From: Candidatus Aminicenantes bacterium
GTDB taxonomy: Bacteria > Acidobacteriota > Aminicenantia > Aminicenantales > UBA4085
Reading direction: 5' to 3'
DNA length: 64,000 nucleotides
NCBI GenBank assembly: GCA_026393895.1
Contig: JAPKZG010000055.1
Coordinates: forward strand, 101 to 64,100
The notes under the pieces are model-generated. The model was not told where the DNA came from. It saw only the letters and a program-made list of their open reading frames with translations, and searched no databases. The first letter of the stretch is position 1. Each line of letters starts with the position of its first letter. Positions 30,284 to 40,446 of the stretch are shown piece by piece. Made by a program: the position numbers and the translations under genes.

Positions 30284-32357
30284 TCCCGGCGAACGTCCCC
30301 AGCGACACCTCCATGAACAGCGGGCGTTTCGGCTGGTCGATGATGTCTTTTTCCGGCACGCCTTCCTCCCGGAACAATCGGTGGACGAGGGCCGTGCAGG
30401 TCTTGGCTCCGCAGGAACCCATCCCCGCCCGCGTCACCGCCTTGATGGCGCTGATGTCGCGGAAACCATTGCGGATGAGGGCCCGGACTTCTCCGGCCAT
30501 GACCCTCTCGCAACGGCAGATGACGACGTCGTCGGCCGTTCGTTCCGCATAGCGGTCCATCGGTTTCGTGACGTCGTCTTCCTGGATCCGGATGCCGGCG
30601 ATTTTTTTGGCGAAGGCCTTGGGCGCTTTGACCTTGACCAGGACGGTACGGTCGTTGGCCTTGATCGCCCGGACGGCGACGACTTCGACCTCGCCGAGGT
30701 CCGCGGCTTCGGTGTCGAGGACATGGACGCGGTCTCCGACTTCGATGCTCTCCTTGAGGAATTCATACGGGATGGTGACGGTCGGGTAGTCCGCGTCTTT
30801 GCGGAAATCGACGAGAACGATGGCCAGGCCGGGGCAAATCGTGACGCATTTCTCGCAGCCGGTGCAGGCCTTGGCCGGGTCGGACACTTCGAAACAGGGA
30901 AGGCAGCGGATATCGTCGGAATGGATGTGGATCAGGTCCCGGGGACAGACCATGGTGCACGGGTCGCAGGGGATTTCCTGGATGCAATGGAGAACGGGGA
31001 AGACGCCCGATTCCCCGTCCGGGATCGTTTCGGGAGTGGTTTTTCCGGGCCGGGATTTCAGGATCTCGGCCGTCGCGTACCACTCGGCCGCGATGACGCC
31101 CACGTCGTGGCCCATGGACCGGAGGATTTCGAGGCCCCGGATTTTACCGGAGAAAATCGCGGCCGAGGCCTCGGCGATCTCCTCGGCGTCGCCCGCGGCG
31201 TAGGCGGTCAGGCCGAACTCCCCGGCTTTGGTGAAGAACTCGTCGACCGGGTCGAGACCTATGGCGATCAGCACCGTGTCGCAGGAGAAGGATTTCTCCG
31301 TCCCGGACACCGGTTTCCATTTGTCGTCGAGGGCGGCGATCGTCACCGACTCGACGGAATTTTTCCCGTTGGCGCTCAGGATCGTGTGCGAAGTGTAGAT
31401 CGGGACGCCGAACCGCTGGAGCTTGTCCTTGTGGACTTTGTACCCGCTGCATTCGGGAAGCGCCTCGACCAGCCCGGCCACCGGGATTCCGGCCTGAAGG
31501 GCATGGTAGCCGGCGATCAAGCCCACGTTTCCGCCGCCGACGATGAACAAGCGGCCGGCGGCACGGACCAGGTCCCGGTTGACGAGCGTCTGAAAGGCCC
31601 CGGCTCCGTAGGCGCCGGGAAGGGTGTTGCCCGGGAAGGCCAGGGATTTTTCCCGGGCGCCCGAAGTCACGAGCAGGACCTCGGGTTTGACCTGGACGTA
31701 GCGGCGGCCGTCCTTGAGGACGCCGACTTTTTTATCGCTGTAGACGGCCAGAGCCGTGCTTTGGAGCCAGATTTGGACGCTGGGATATGTCCGGAGTTCG
31801 TTTTCGAGCTTCGTGGCGATGTCGATGCCGCGGGTCCCGGCGAAAACGGCGTCGTAGGACCCGAAGAAACGGTGGGTTTGGAGGACGAGCTTGCCGCCGA
31901 GGCGATGCTTGTCGTCGATCAGAAGAGCGGACACGCCGCGTTTGCCGAATTCGATCGCGGCCGAGAGCCCGGCCGGGCCCCCGCCGATGATCAGCACCGG
32001 CACGGAGATTTCCTCGATGGGGGTCAGCCGGGCCGAGCCGGAGACGGGCGGTAGGACGGGGAGTCCGTCCACGGGTTCGAGCTTCTGGCCGGGGCAGACG
32101 AGTTCCATGCAGGCCTTGACCGGAAGACCGTCGGCCAGGACGAGGCATTGGGCGCATTGGCCGTTGGCGCAGAAAATGCCCTGCGGGGCGCGGTCCTTAT
32201 GATGATAGCTGAAGATGCGTTCGCCTTGGGCAAAGAGGGCGGAGGCGATGGTTTCGCCCGCCCGGGCCGAAATCGGCCGGCCTTTCCAAATGACCGTGAC
32301 GGTTTCCGCGGAGGGCGGCGTGAGGATGGGGTGCTTTTCGATGCGAAAGTCGCTCAC
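30237..32357 (-). CDS. Multi-cluster flavoprotein: 2Fe-2S (HcnA-like) + FAD/NAD(P) oxidoreductase (HcnB/OoxA-like) + 2x[4Fe-4S] + BFD-like 2Fe-2S domain
   Basis: CANGQCAQC; two GGGPAG/GGGNVG Rossmann motifs; CIQEIPCDPC...CTGCEKCVTICP; CRCE...SCGAKTC. Confidence 0.85.
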   Translation of the reverse strand: MSDFRIEKHPILTPPSAETVTVIWKGRPISARAGETIASALFAQGERIFSYHHKDRAPQGIFCANGQCAQCLVLADGLPVKACMELVCPGQKLEPVDGLPVLPPVSGSARLTPIEEISVPVLIIGGGPAGLSAAIEFGKRGVSALLIDDKHRLGGKLVLQTHRFFGSYDAVFAGTRGIDIATKLENELRTYPSVQIWLQSTALAVYSDKKVGVLKDGRRYVQVKPEVLLVTSGAREKSLAFPGNTLPGAYGAGAFQTLVNRDLVRAAGRLFIVGGGNVGLIAGYHALQAGIPVAGLVEALPECSGYKVHKDKLQRFGVPIYTSHTILSANGKNSVESVTIAALDDKWKPVSGTEKSFSCDTVLIAIGLDPVDEFFTKAGEFGLTAYAAGDAEEIAEASAAIFSGKIRGLEILRSMGHDVGVIAAEWYATAEILKSRPGKTTPETIPDGESGVFPVLHCIQEIPCDPCTMVCPRDLIHIHSDDIRCLPCFEVSDPAKACTGCEKCVTICPGLAIVLVDFRKDADYPTVTIPYEFLKESIEVGDRVHVLDTEAADLGEVEVVAVRAIKANDRTVLVKVKAPKAFAKKIAGIRIQEDDVTKPMDRYAERTADDVVICRCERVMAGEVRALIRNGFRDISAIKAVTRAGMGSCGAKTCTALVHRLFREEGVPEKDIIDQPKRPLFMEVSLGTFAGNEPGSIKDGGDRGRY

Positions 32358-32439
32358 GTTGTCTCCTTGATCTCCCGTTCGGAACGAATCCGGGCTGAAT
32401 CGAGCCGGGAATTATATCACATTTCTGACCTACGCGACC

Positions 32440-32600
32440 CTGGGGAGCCGGGTCAGCCCTACACGACGCCGCGGAGTCAGGACAGGCCTCCGCGACCCTT
32501 GGGAACCAGGGCAAAGCCTGGAGAGGGAACCCATCCCTGACTCCGGACGACCCTTGTCGTCCGTCGTGTAGGACGTGGCAAGGCCCCACGGAAAGGGTTC
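32440..32600. repeat. Intergenic GC-rich palindromic element (long imperfect hairpin, CCTACACGACG...CGTCGTGTAGG)
   Basis: Shares sub-motifs (CCCTACAC, GGCAARGCCTGGAG) with 1590-1760 and 23470-23665. Confidence 0.4.
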
Positions 32601-32638
32601 CCTCTCAAAGGAGTCCGTGCTATGCTTCTCCTTCCGCC

Positions 32639-33637
32639 ATGAGCCTGCTGGAAGTGCTTTTCGGACGCCGTTTTCCCTTCAAGTTCGTTTACCATGAAGA
32701 GTACTGGATGCTGAACACCGGCAAGCACGTGTTCCCGGTACGGAAATACCGACTGATCCATGAGCGGCTTGCCGCCATGGGTGCCCGGAAGGAGAATTTT
32801 CTCCAACCCGAGCCGGTCTCGTTCGAAGACCTTCAATTCGTCCACTCGCCGAAATATCTTCGCAAACTCCAGACCGGATCGCTCGCCAAGGACGAACTTC
32901 AGGCCCTGGAATTGCCGTTTTCCCCGGAATTGATTTCGTTCGCCCGGTTGAGCGTCGGCGGCACGATCATGGCGGCCGAGCGGGCGCTTATCGACGGACT
33001 CTGCGTTCACATCGGCGGCGGCTTTCATCACGCCTTCGCCGACCACGGCGAGGGATTTTGCCTTCTCAATGATGCGGCCGTCGCCGTCGAAAAACTTCAG
33101 CGGGAGGGACGGATCGGGCGGGTGATGATCGTCGACTGCGACGTCCATCAGGGAAACGGGACGGCCGCGATCTTTGAGAAAAGAGAGGACGTTTTTACGT
33201 TCTCGATCCATCAAATGGACATCTATCCGTCCGAAAAAATGACCGGATCTCTGGACGTCGGGCTTTGGTCGGGAGACGGGGACGGCGTGTACCTGGACGC
33301 GATACGAGAATATTTTCCGAAACTCTACCGGGATTTCCGCCCGGACCTGGTTTTTTACCTGGCGGGGGCCGATCCGTTGGCCGGGGACCAGCTGGGAGGC
33401 CTGACCGTGACGAAAGCCGGTCTGCTGACGCGCGACCGGATCGTCCTGGAAGGGGCGCTCCGGATGAAAATCCCCATCGTAATTTTATTGGCCGGCGGTT
33501 ATGCTCATGATCCGGCCGAAACGACCGATGTTCACGTCAACACCATCCGGACGGCCGCCGTCATGAAACGCCGGGCGGCCCGTCTGCTCGGGCAAAACGG
33601 GGCGGCGTTCGCCGAACAGTCGAGATTCCGGTCCTGA
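32639..33637 (+). CDS. Histone deacetylase-family protein (AcuC/HDAC-like)
   Basis: HIGGGFHHA...DCDVHQGNG motifs. Confidence 0.85.
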   Translation: MSLLEVLFGRRFPFKFVYHEEYWMLNTGKHVFPVRKYRLIHERLAAMGARKENFLQPEPVSFEDLQFVHSPKYLRKLQTGSLAKDELQALELPFSPELISFARLSVGGTIMAAERALIDGLCVHIGGGFHHAFADHGEGFCLLNDAAVAVEKLQREGRIGRVMIVDCDVHQGNGTAAIFEKREDVFTFSIHQMDIYPSEKMTGSLDVGLWSGDGDGVYLDAIREYFPKLYRDFRPDLVFYLAGADPLAGDQLGGLTVTKAGLLTRDRIVLEGALRMKIPIVILLAGGYAHDPAETTDVHVNTIRTAAVMKRRAARLLGQNGAAFAEQSRFRS

Positions 33638-34096
33638 TACCGGCCCGCCCCGTCGGCGGAGTTCATCCCCCCGTGTCTCCACGGCCGTTCCCTTAACGGT
33701 GATTTCTTTATGGGCGCCCTTGGTCGTATGAAGGCGAAGGCCGTCCTGTCCCGGCAGCCAGGCTTCCGCCAGAATGGTGACCGTGATGTATTCCGAGTAG
33801 GACGGCTTGAAGTCGCCGACCATGTGAAAAACGAGCCGAGGCTCATTGTCGGGTGGATCGGGCCGGGTCATTTTCTCGGTGAAGGGGAGGACGGTTTCGG
33901 TTCCGGTCGATTCCCGGCGAAGGATGAGATTCCCGTCCTCTTTCCATTCGAGGACGTAATCGCCCGCCGGAAAGCTTTTTCCGGCCGCTTTGAACGGAAA
34001 GGAGATTTTGAACAGGTTCACGGCCCGGGCTTCGAGACAGCCCAGAGCGAGGAAGACGGCGACCGCCGCCGCGACCGATCGGAACAGGCGTTTCAT
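33485..34096 (-). CDS. Secreted hypothetical protein
   Basis: Starts MKRLFRSVAAAVAVFLALG with an AAGGAG SD. The ORF overlaps the 3' end of the HDAC gene by 153 nt, so the true C-terminus is uncertain. Confidence 0.45.
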   Translation of the reverse strand: MKRLFRSVAAAVAVFLALGCLEARAVNLFKISFPFKAAGKSFPAGDYVLEWKEDGNLILRRESTGTETVLPFTEKMTRPDPPDNEPRLVFHMVGDFKPSYSEYITVTILAEAWLPGQDGLRLHTTKGAHKEITVKGTAVETRGDELRRRGGPVSGPESRLFGERRPVLPEQTGRPAFHDGGRPDGVDVNIGRFGRIMSITAGQ

Positions 34097-34169
34097 GAGA
34101 ATTCTCCTTGGCTTCGGGCGCTCCAAAGTCTGCAACGGGCAGATCCCGCTGACGCAAGTGCGTGGAGCT

Positions 34170-35534
34170 TCAGTCGGCAGACGTCGCCGGGACGCTGATT
34201 CCCGAGTATTCGTCGGAAGGGATTCCGTTTTTAATCGCATCCTCCATGCCTTCGACGAATGTGTCGATTTCCTCGAGCGTCGTGTAGATGTTCGGCGATA
34301 TGCGGAGGGCCTGGTAATCGAACACCTGGTTGGGCGGGGCGCCGCCGACGAGCGGGACGACGACGATCCGGTATTTCGACTTCAGGAACCGGGCGAGGTC
34401 GTTCACGTCGATCCCCTCGATGTTGACCGCCGCGACTCCCCAGGCTTCGGCCGGTTCTCCGAGGTTCGTCAGGATCCGGACACGCGGGTGGACCTTGAGG
34501 GCTTTAGCCCAGCGAAGCGTCAGGAAGCGGAGACGCGCGGCCTTGCGTTCGCCGCCGACGGCTTGATGGAAGGCCAGGGCCTCGCCGAGGGCGGCGCGGA
34601 TGCCCCAGGGGTGCGTCCCGATGGCTTCGAATTTGCGGATGTCGTCGTCCTGTTGTTCGGGAGCGGCCTGTAGCGGCCAGAATTTCGGAATCATCTCCCG
34701 ACGCACGTAGAGGCAGCCGTTGCCGATCGGGGCCATCAGCCATTTGTGCAGGCTGACGCCGTAGGCGTCGCACTCGAGGTCGCGCAGCTTGAACGGAAAC
34801 TGCCCCAGGGCGTGGGCGCCGTCGACGATCGTCACGATCCCCTTCGACCGGGCGAAGCGGGCGAGCCGTTGGACCGGGAACAGCTGGGCCGTCAGGTTGG
34901 TGATATGGCAGAAGTGAAAGACTTTCGTCCGCGGGGTGACGGCTTGCTCGAACATCCGATAGAGTTGGTCCTGGGTCGCCGGTATGGAAAATTGAAGACG
35001 GGTGACCTTGATTCCCTCCCGCCGCAAGCGTTGATCCCAGGTCGTCAGCATGCGGGGATAATCCTGTTCGGTCGTGATCACCTCGTCGCCGGCCTCGAGG
35101 TCGAGGCCGTTTTGGACAATCTGCAGGGATTCGCTGGCTCCCCGGGTGAGGGCCAACTCCGTGGGGTCGCAGCCGAATTCCTTCGCCATCCTCACGCGGA
35201 TCGTCTCGATGTTCTCGGCGACCATCGCCTGGTAATGGACGGGCAGCATGTTGATCAATTCCAGGTAGCGGAATTCCGATTCGAGCACGACCCGGGGACA
35301 GGGGGAGGTGAACCCGTTGTTCATGTTGATCAGCGACCGGTCCAGCTTGTAGGCCAGTTGGATTTCCCGCCAGTAGAACTCGTCCGCGGCGATTTCTTCG
35401 GGGGTGCGATTCGCGACCGTTTGAGCCGCGGCCTCGACCCGGTCGAGCTCTCCGGCTTTGGCGACAGCGGCCGTCATCCCCAGAGTGCCGCATAACCGCA
35501 AAAATGCCCGCCGATTCCAGGTTTCAGGTTTCAT
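34170..35534 (-). CDS. Tat-signal class V PLP-dependent aminotransferase/desulfurase-like enzyme
   Basis: Twin-arginine motif NRRAFLRLCG, and the SLHKWLMAPIG Lys motif of AAT class V. Confidence 0.8.
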   Translation of the reverse strand: MKPETWNRRAFLRLCGTLGMTAAVAKAGELDRVEAAAQTVANRTPEEIAADEFYWREIQLAYKLDRSLINMNNGFTSPCPRVVLESEFRYLELINMLPVHYQAMVAENIETIRVRMAKEFGCDPTELALTRGASESLQIVQNGLDLEAGDEVITTEQDYPRMLTTWDQRLRREGIKVTRLQFSIPATQDQLYRMFEQAVTPRTKVFHFCHITNLTAQLFPVQRLARFARSKGIVTIVDGAHALGQFPFKLRDLECDAYGVSLHKWLMAPIGNGCLYVRREMIPKFWPLQAAPEQQDDDIRKFEAIGTHPWGIRAALGEALAFHQAVGGERKAARLRFLTLRWAKALKVHPRVRILTNLGEPAEAWGVAAVNIEGIDVNDLARFLKSKYRIVVVPLVGGAPPNQVFDYQALRISPNIYTTLEEIDTFVEGMEDAIKNGIPSDEYSGISVPATSAD

Positions 35535-35793
35535 CGGGATTCTCCTTCATCTCGTTCTTATAATAATCGTCATTATAGCCGCAAAGAGGACAGCGGGGTC
35601 AAGGCGGGAGACCCTCCGCGCCCGTTCGGATTCGATCGGCTCCGACGAAATTTTGGAAGTATGGCCTCAATCCTGTAAAATGGCTCCTTCGGATGAAGCG
35701 GCTTTCGTTTCCCGGGTCGCGCCGGACTTTAGGATCGTCGCCGAGCGGCGGGCGGGCGAAGGAGAACTTTTTGATCGAAAGGAGTACTTCAAC

Positions 35794-37188
35794 ATGTTCG
35801 CACCGCGGATATACATGGAGCGCCGGCGGCGTCTTCTTCGGGAAGTCGAATCGGGCCTAGCCCTGTTTTTGGGCAACGAAGAAAGCCCGATGAATTATCC
35901 CGACAACACCTTCTCTTTCCGCCAGGACAGCTCGTTCCTTTATTATTTCGGGCTGGACCAGCCCGGCCTGGCCGGGGTCGTCGATTTCGAAGAAGGAACG
36001 GCGACGGTTTACGGCGACGATTTCACCGTCGACGACATCATCTGGCGGGGGCCCCAACCGACGATCGGCGAGCGGAGCAAGGCGGCCGGGATCGATCGGA
36101 CCGCCCCGATTGCTCGTTTGGCCGAGGTTTTGAAGGAAGCCCGCCGGACGGGCCGCCGCGTTCATTTCCTCCCACCGTACCGCGCGGACAACGCCTTCAA
36201 GCTCAAACGATGGCTCGGCGTGGATCCGGATAAAGCCGCCGGCAAGGCCTCGGTGGAATTGATCCGGGCGGTCGTCGAGCAACGGGCCGTCAAGGGGCCC
36301 GAGGAAATCGCCGAAATCGACCGGGCGGTCGACATCTCCACGGAGATGCACGTCACAGCCATGCGGATGGTCCGGCCCGGAATCGGCGAGGCCGAAATCG
36401 CAGCCGAAGTCCATCGGATCGCCCTGGCCGCCGGGGGCGACATCGCCTTTCCGATCATCGGTTCGGTCCACGGCGAAACGCTCCATAACCACCATCACGG
36501 CAACCGCCTGAAAAAGGGGAACATGTTTCTCCTGGACGCCGGGGCGGAAAGCCCGGGGCATTACGCCGGAGACCTGTCCAGCACGATGCCGGTCGATTTG
36601 AAGTTTACCGGCCGGCAGCGCGAAATTTATGAAATCGCCCTGGCCGCCCACGAGGCGGCGGCCGGCGCGCTGCGGCCGGGGGTCAACAATCTCGAAGTTC
36701 ACCTCCTGGCCTGCCGGACGATCGTCCTGGGGCTCAAGGATGTCGGGCTGATGAAGGGAGATCCGGACGAGGCCGTCCGGGCCGGGGCCCACGCCCTGTT
36801 CTTTCCTTGCGGCGTCGGCCATATGATGGGCCTCGACATCCACGACATGGAGGATTTGGGCGAAGTTTACGTCGGCTACGAAGGCCGCCCGAAGTTCACC
36901 CAGTTCGGTTTGAAATCCCTTCGGCTGGCCCGGCCTCATCAACCGGGATTCGTCGTGACCATCGAGCCGGGAATTTATTTCATTCCCCAATTGATCGACA
37001 AATGGCGGGCGGAGAATATATTCACGGATTTCATCGTCTACGACAAGGTCGAAAAATACCGGAACTTCGGCGGCGTCCGGAACGAAGAGGATTTCCTCAT
37101 CACGCCCAAGGGCCGCCGCCGGCTGGGCAAGGCGAAACCCAAAACCGTCGGCGAGGTCGAGGCCGTCCGGGCCGAGCCGAGAATCTGA
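35794..37188 (+). CDS. Xaa-Pro aminopeptidase (M24 family, PepP-like)
   Basis: HGxxH...metal-ligand pattern (GHYAGD, GHMMGLDIHD, TIEPGIY). An AAAGGAG SD marks the real start; the ORF-track start at 35458 is too early. Confidence 0.85.
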   Translation: MFAPRIYMERRRRLLREVESGLALFLGNEESPMNYPDNTFSFRQDSSFLYYFGLDQPGLAGVVDFEEGTATVYGDDFTVDDIIWRGPQPTIGERSKAAGIDRTAPIARLAEVLKEARRTGRRVHFLPPYRADNAFKLKRWLGVDPDKAAGKASVELIRAVVEQRAVKGPEEIAEIDRAVDISTEMHVTAMRMVRPGIGEAEIAAEVHRIALAAGGDIAFPIIGSVHGETLHNHHHGNRLKKGNMFLLDAGAESPGHYAGDLSSTMPVDLKFTGRQREIYEIALAAHEAAAGALRPGVNNLEVHLLACRTIVLGLKDVGLMKGDPDEAVRAGAHALFFPCGVGHMMGLDIHDMEDLGEVYVGYEGRPKFTQFGLKSLRLARPHQPGFVVTIEPGIYFIPQLIDKWRAENIFTDFIVYDKVEKYRNFGGVRNEEDFLITPKGRRRLGKAKPKTVGEVEAVRAEPRI

Positions 37189-37367
37189 CCTGAATTTCGA
37201 GAGGGAAATAGAATTGAGAATGGATCATTGAGACCGCTCCTCCGGATCGGCTGTTCTCCCCTGAATTGAATTCGATTTCGGGAAATCGCCTCCATGGGCG
37301 GAAGGGATGTGTCTTCAAATTAGTTATGATATATTCGGATCATTATCTAGGCTGAGGTCTTGAGAAA

Positions 37368-38726
37368 ATGAAGACGAAGACGGTCGTTGTTTTTGGAATC
37401 ATCGTCGGGCTCGCGGCGTCCGTTTCCGCGGCCTCTTCGGGACAGGCCGCGCCGCCCGCATCTTCGACGTCCGAAAAAACACCCGCGTTCCGTTTCACCT
37501 TCACCGAACGTATTCGGCAGGAGTCCGCGGATAACGTGACGAGTCTCAACGAATCGGTGGCCGACAGCAGCGCGTATGTTCGTTTTCGGACGAGCCTCCA
37601 GGGTCAATGGCGCATCTTTTCCGGCTTCGATCTAACCGTCCGCCTGACGAATGAAAACCGGTATTATCTCGCCCCGAAATTCGATCCCCGGATCAAGAAG
37701 AATTTCGACGGCCACGAGATCTTTTTTGATTCCCTAAACGCGAAATGGACGAAACCCGCCGGCCTACCGTTCACCCTGACCGTCGGGCGGCAGGATCTGC
37801 AGTTCGGCGAGGGCTTTCTGATCATGGACGGCGGTCCCTTGGACGGTTCCCGGTCGGCGTATTTCAACGGAATCCGGGCCGATTGGAGTTTAGACGGAAC
37901 GAATACCCTGACCGGATTTTATGTATTTCAGCCCCGATCCGACACGCTCCTTCCGGTGATCAACGACTGGGGCCAGAAGATGGTCGAGCAACCCGAAGAG
38001 GGATTCGGATTGTACTGGACGGGAATGGCCGGCAAATGGAATACGGAAGGCTATCTTTTCCGCAAGAACATCCGCGCGTTCGAGACATCCCCCGAGTCGC
38101 AGATCAACATCGTCGGCGGCCGCGTGCGCGCGCCGTTGACCGGAAATTTGGAATTGACAACCGAGGGCGCGTTCCAATTCGGAAGACTCCGGGATTTGCC
38201 CGGTCCCGAGGGAAACCGGAACCGGACGGGCCTCGGCGGCTATTTCCATCTGGATCACAAAACCGGGGCGAAATTTCCACTGCCCGCCCGACTGACGCTC
38301 GGCGAGATTTATTTAAGCGGCGACGACCCGGCGACGACGGGCCGCTATGAGGGTTGGGACCCCGCCTTCAGCCGCTGGCCGAAGTGGAGCGAGTCCCTGA
38401 TCTACCTGTTCGGCCGGGAAAGCAAACCCGCGTTTTGGACGAACTTCATTTCCCTCTACGGGACGGCCGGATTCGCCTTCGCCGAGAACGTCAACCTCAA
38501 TTTGACCTGGCATCATCTTCGCGCGGCGGCAAAAACCTTTCCGTCCGCTTTTCTGAGCGGCGCGGGCCTGGGCCGCGGGGAATTGTTCAACGCCCGGCTG
38601 AATTATGAGATCAGCAAGAATCTTCAAGGGCATTTCGTTTGGGATTATTTTCAGCCCGGGGATTATTATTTTGCCGGCGCGCAACCTTATTCCTGGATCC
38701 GGTTTGAATTGCTGTTTCGATATTGA
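37368..38726 (+). CDS. Alginate-export-family outer-membrane beta-barrel porin
   Basis: Signal peptide, alternating beta-strands, and a C-terminal FELLFRY aromatic end. Confidence 0.7.
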   Translation: MKTKTVVVFGIIVGLAASVSAASSGQAAPPASSTSEKTPAFRFTFTERIRQESADNVTSLNESVADSSAYVRFRTSLQGQWRIFSGFDLTVRLTNENRYYLAPKFDPRIKKNFDGHEIFFDSLNAKWTKPAGLPFTLTVGRQDLQFGEGFLIMDGGPLDGSRSAYFNGIRADWSLDGTNTLTGFYVFQPRSDTLLPVINDWGQKMVEQPEEGFGLYWTGMAGKWNTEGYLFRKNIRAFETSPESQINIVGGRVRAPLTGNLELTTEGAFQFGRLRDLPGPEGNRNRTGLGGYFHLDHKTGAKFPLPARLTLGEIYLSGDDPATTGRYEGWDPAFSRWPKWSESLIYLFGRESKPAFWTNFISLYGTAGFAFAENVNLNLTWHHLRAAAKTFPSAFLSGAGLGRGELFNARLNYEISKNLQGHFVWDYFQPGDYYFAGAQPYSWIRFELLFRY

Positions 38727-38774
38727 GGAATCGGCCGCGGCGGGGCGGTTCCGATTCGAGCGGGAGGAGGCGAG

Positions 38775-40208
38775 ATGATTTTAAAAATCGCAGCCCTGGC
38801 GGCATATGTCTCGATCATTTTCTATATCGCCGTAACGCGGGGGAAGAAAACCCGATCTTTTAATGACTTTTTTCTCGGCGGCGGGGCCATCGGCCCGTGG
38901 ATGACGGCGTTCACATACGGCGCGGCCTATTTTTCGGCCGTGCTGTTTATCGGCTTCGCCGGGAAAATCGGCTGGGGATTCGGCTATTCCGGATTGTGGA
39001 TCGCCGTCGGGAACGCCTTCCTCGGGGTCTTGGGCGTGTGGTGGATCATGGGCGCCCGGATCAAGAAAACGGCCGGGGAACTCAAAATCGCGACGATGGC
39101 CGAATATTTGGAGCGGCGGTATGACAGCCGCTTCCTGAAATTATTCGCTTCGGTTTCGATTTTCGTCTTTTTCATCCCGTATTCGGCGGCCGTGTTTATC
39201 GGCCTTTCGACTCTCTTCAAACGGAATTTCGGATTGGATTATGTCCCGGCCCTTCTTTTTATGGGCGTGCTCACGGCCGTCTATCTCGTCCTCGGCGGAT
39301 ACAAGTCGATGACGATGATGGATGTCATGTTCGGCATCCTGATGCTGGTCGGCGGCGGAGTGATGTTGATCGGAGTCTTGTCCAAAACGGGAGGGATCGC
39401 GGCCGCGACGACGGGCTTGAACGCGATCAATCCCAAACTCACGGCGGCGGTCGGGCCGCCGGGGCTCTGGCCGTTGTTTTCCCTGGTCTTTTTGACCTCG
39501 GTCGCTCCGTTCGGAATGCCTCAACTCGTGCAAAAGTTTTATGCGGTCAAGGATAAACGATCGATCCGGATCGGGATGATCGTCTCGACGGCGTTCGCCC
39601 TCGTCTTATCGACGATTGCTTATTTTACCGGGAGCGTCGCCCGGTTGTTCCTGTCGCCGGAGGCCGTGCCCGCCGTTTTCCCCGGCGGTAAACCCGACTT
39701 CGACGCCTTGATGCCTGAGTTACTCTCGCGGATTGTCCCGGAGGGGCTCTCGATTCTCATTCTCCTGCTTATTCTCTCGGCCTCGATGTCCACGCTGGCG
39801 GCGCTCGTCCTGATTTCAAGTTCGGCGGTGGCCAAGGATTTTTACGCCGGATTCATCAATCCTCAGGTTTCGGACCGCACTCTCATGACGCTGATGCGCG
39901 TCTTCAGCGCGGCCTTCGTCTTCGTCTCCGTCGTTTTGGCCTATTTCCGTCCGGCGACCATCGTCTCGATTCTGGGGATTTCATGGGGAGCAATCGGGTC
40001 GGTGTTCCTGGGGCCGTTTGTCTGGGGAATCCTCAGCAAGAAAGTCAACCGGAACGGGGCGATCATCTCGTCCGTTCTCGGATTGGCGGTCTGTCTATTC
40101 CTTTATCTCCGGGGTATGGCTTCTCCTGAAGCCGGGACGATCGGGATGCTGGTCTCGTTGGCCGCGAATCCGATTTTCAGCCTCATCCCGGCCAAGCGGA
40201 TCGAGTGA
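38775..40208 (+). CDS. Sodium:solute symporter (SSS family)
   Basis: 13 TM helices; family pattern. Confidence 0.85.
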   Translation: MILKIAALAAYVSIIFYIAVTRGKKTRSFNDFFLGGGAIGPWMTAFTYGAAYFSAVLFIGFAGKIGWGFGYSGLWIAVGNAFLGVLGVWWIMGARIKKTAGELKIATMAEYLERRYDSRFLKLFASVSIFVFFIPYSAAVFIGLSTLFKRNFGLDYVPALLFMGVLTAVYLVLGGYKSMTMMDVMFGILMLVGGGVMLIGVLSKTGGIAAATTGLNAINPKLTAAVGPPGLWPLFSLVFLTSVAPFGMPQLVQKFYAVKDKRSIRIGMIVSTAFALVLSTIAYFTGSVARLFLSPEAVPAVFPGGKPDFDALMPELLSRIVPEGLSILILLLILSASMSTLAALVLISSSAVAKDFYAGFINPQVSDRTLMTLMRVFSAAFVFVSVVLAYFRPATIVSILGISWGAIGSVFLGPFVWGILSKKVNRNGAIISSVLGLAVCLFLYLRGMASPEAGTIGMLVSLAANPIFSLIPAKRIE

Positions 40209-40435
40209 GGCGTCCCCTAATTAGAATCCGCGGCACGATGTCGGCCGGATGGAGCGCCGGCGCGGGTTCGATGATGGGCGGATTTATCGGCGACATCTTC
40301 GACCAAACCATCGATATCCCGGAGACAAAACTCCAACTGATCGGGTTTCGCTCGATCGATAAAAAAACGGTTCTGTGGATCGGCGTAGGCGCCGTTCCCC
40401 GAACCGCGGCCGGCGGCGATCACCGGCCGGAATAA
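40205..40435 (+). CDS. Small hypothetical protein, translationally coupled to the SSS transporter
   Basis: ATGA overlap, Gly-rich; weak evidence. Confidence 0.3.
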   Translation: MRRPLIRIRGTMSAGWSAGAGSMMGGFIGDIFDQTIDIPETKLQLIGFRSIDKKTVLWIGVGAVPRTAAGGDHRPE

Positions 40436-40446
40436 TCGGGGACGGA

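Noticed and set aside
27958-32054. Plus-strand ORFs 27958..29010, 28880..30268 and 29973..32054
   Set aside because: Antisense to the VOC, lipoprotein and oxidoreductase genes; Asp/Gly/Arg-rich.
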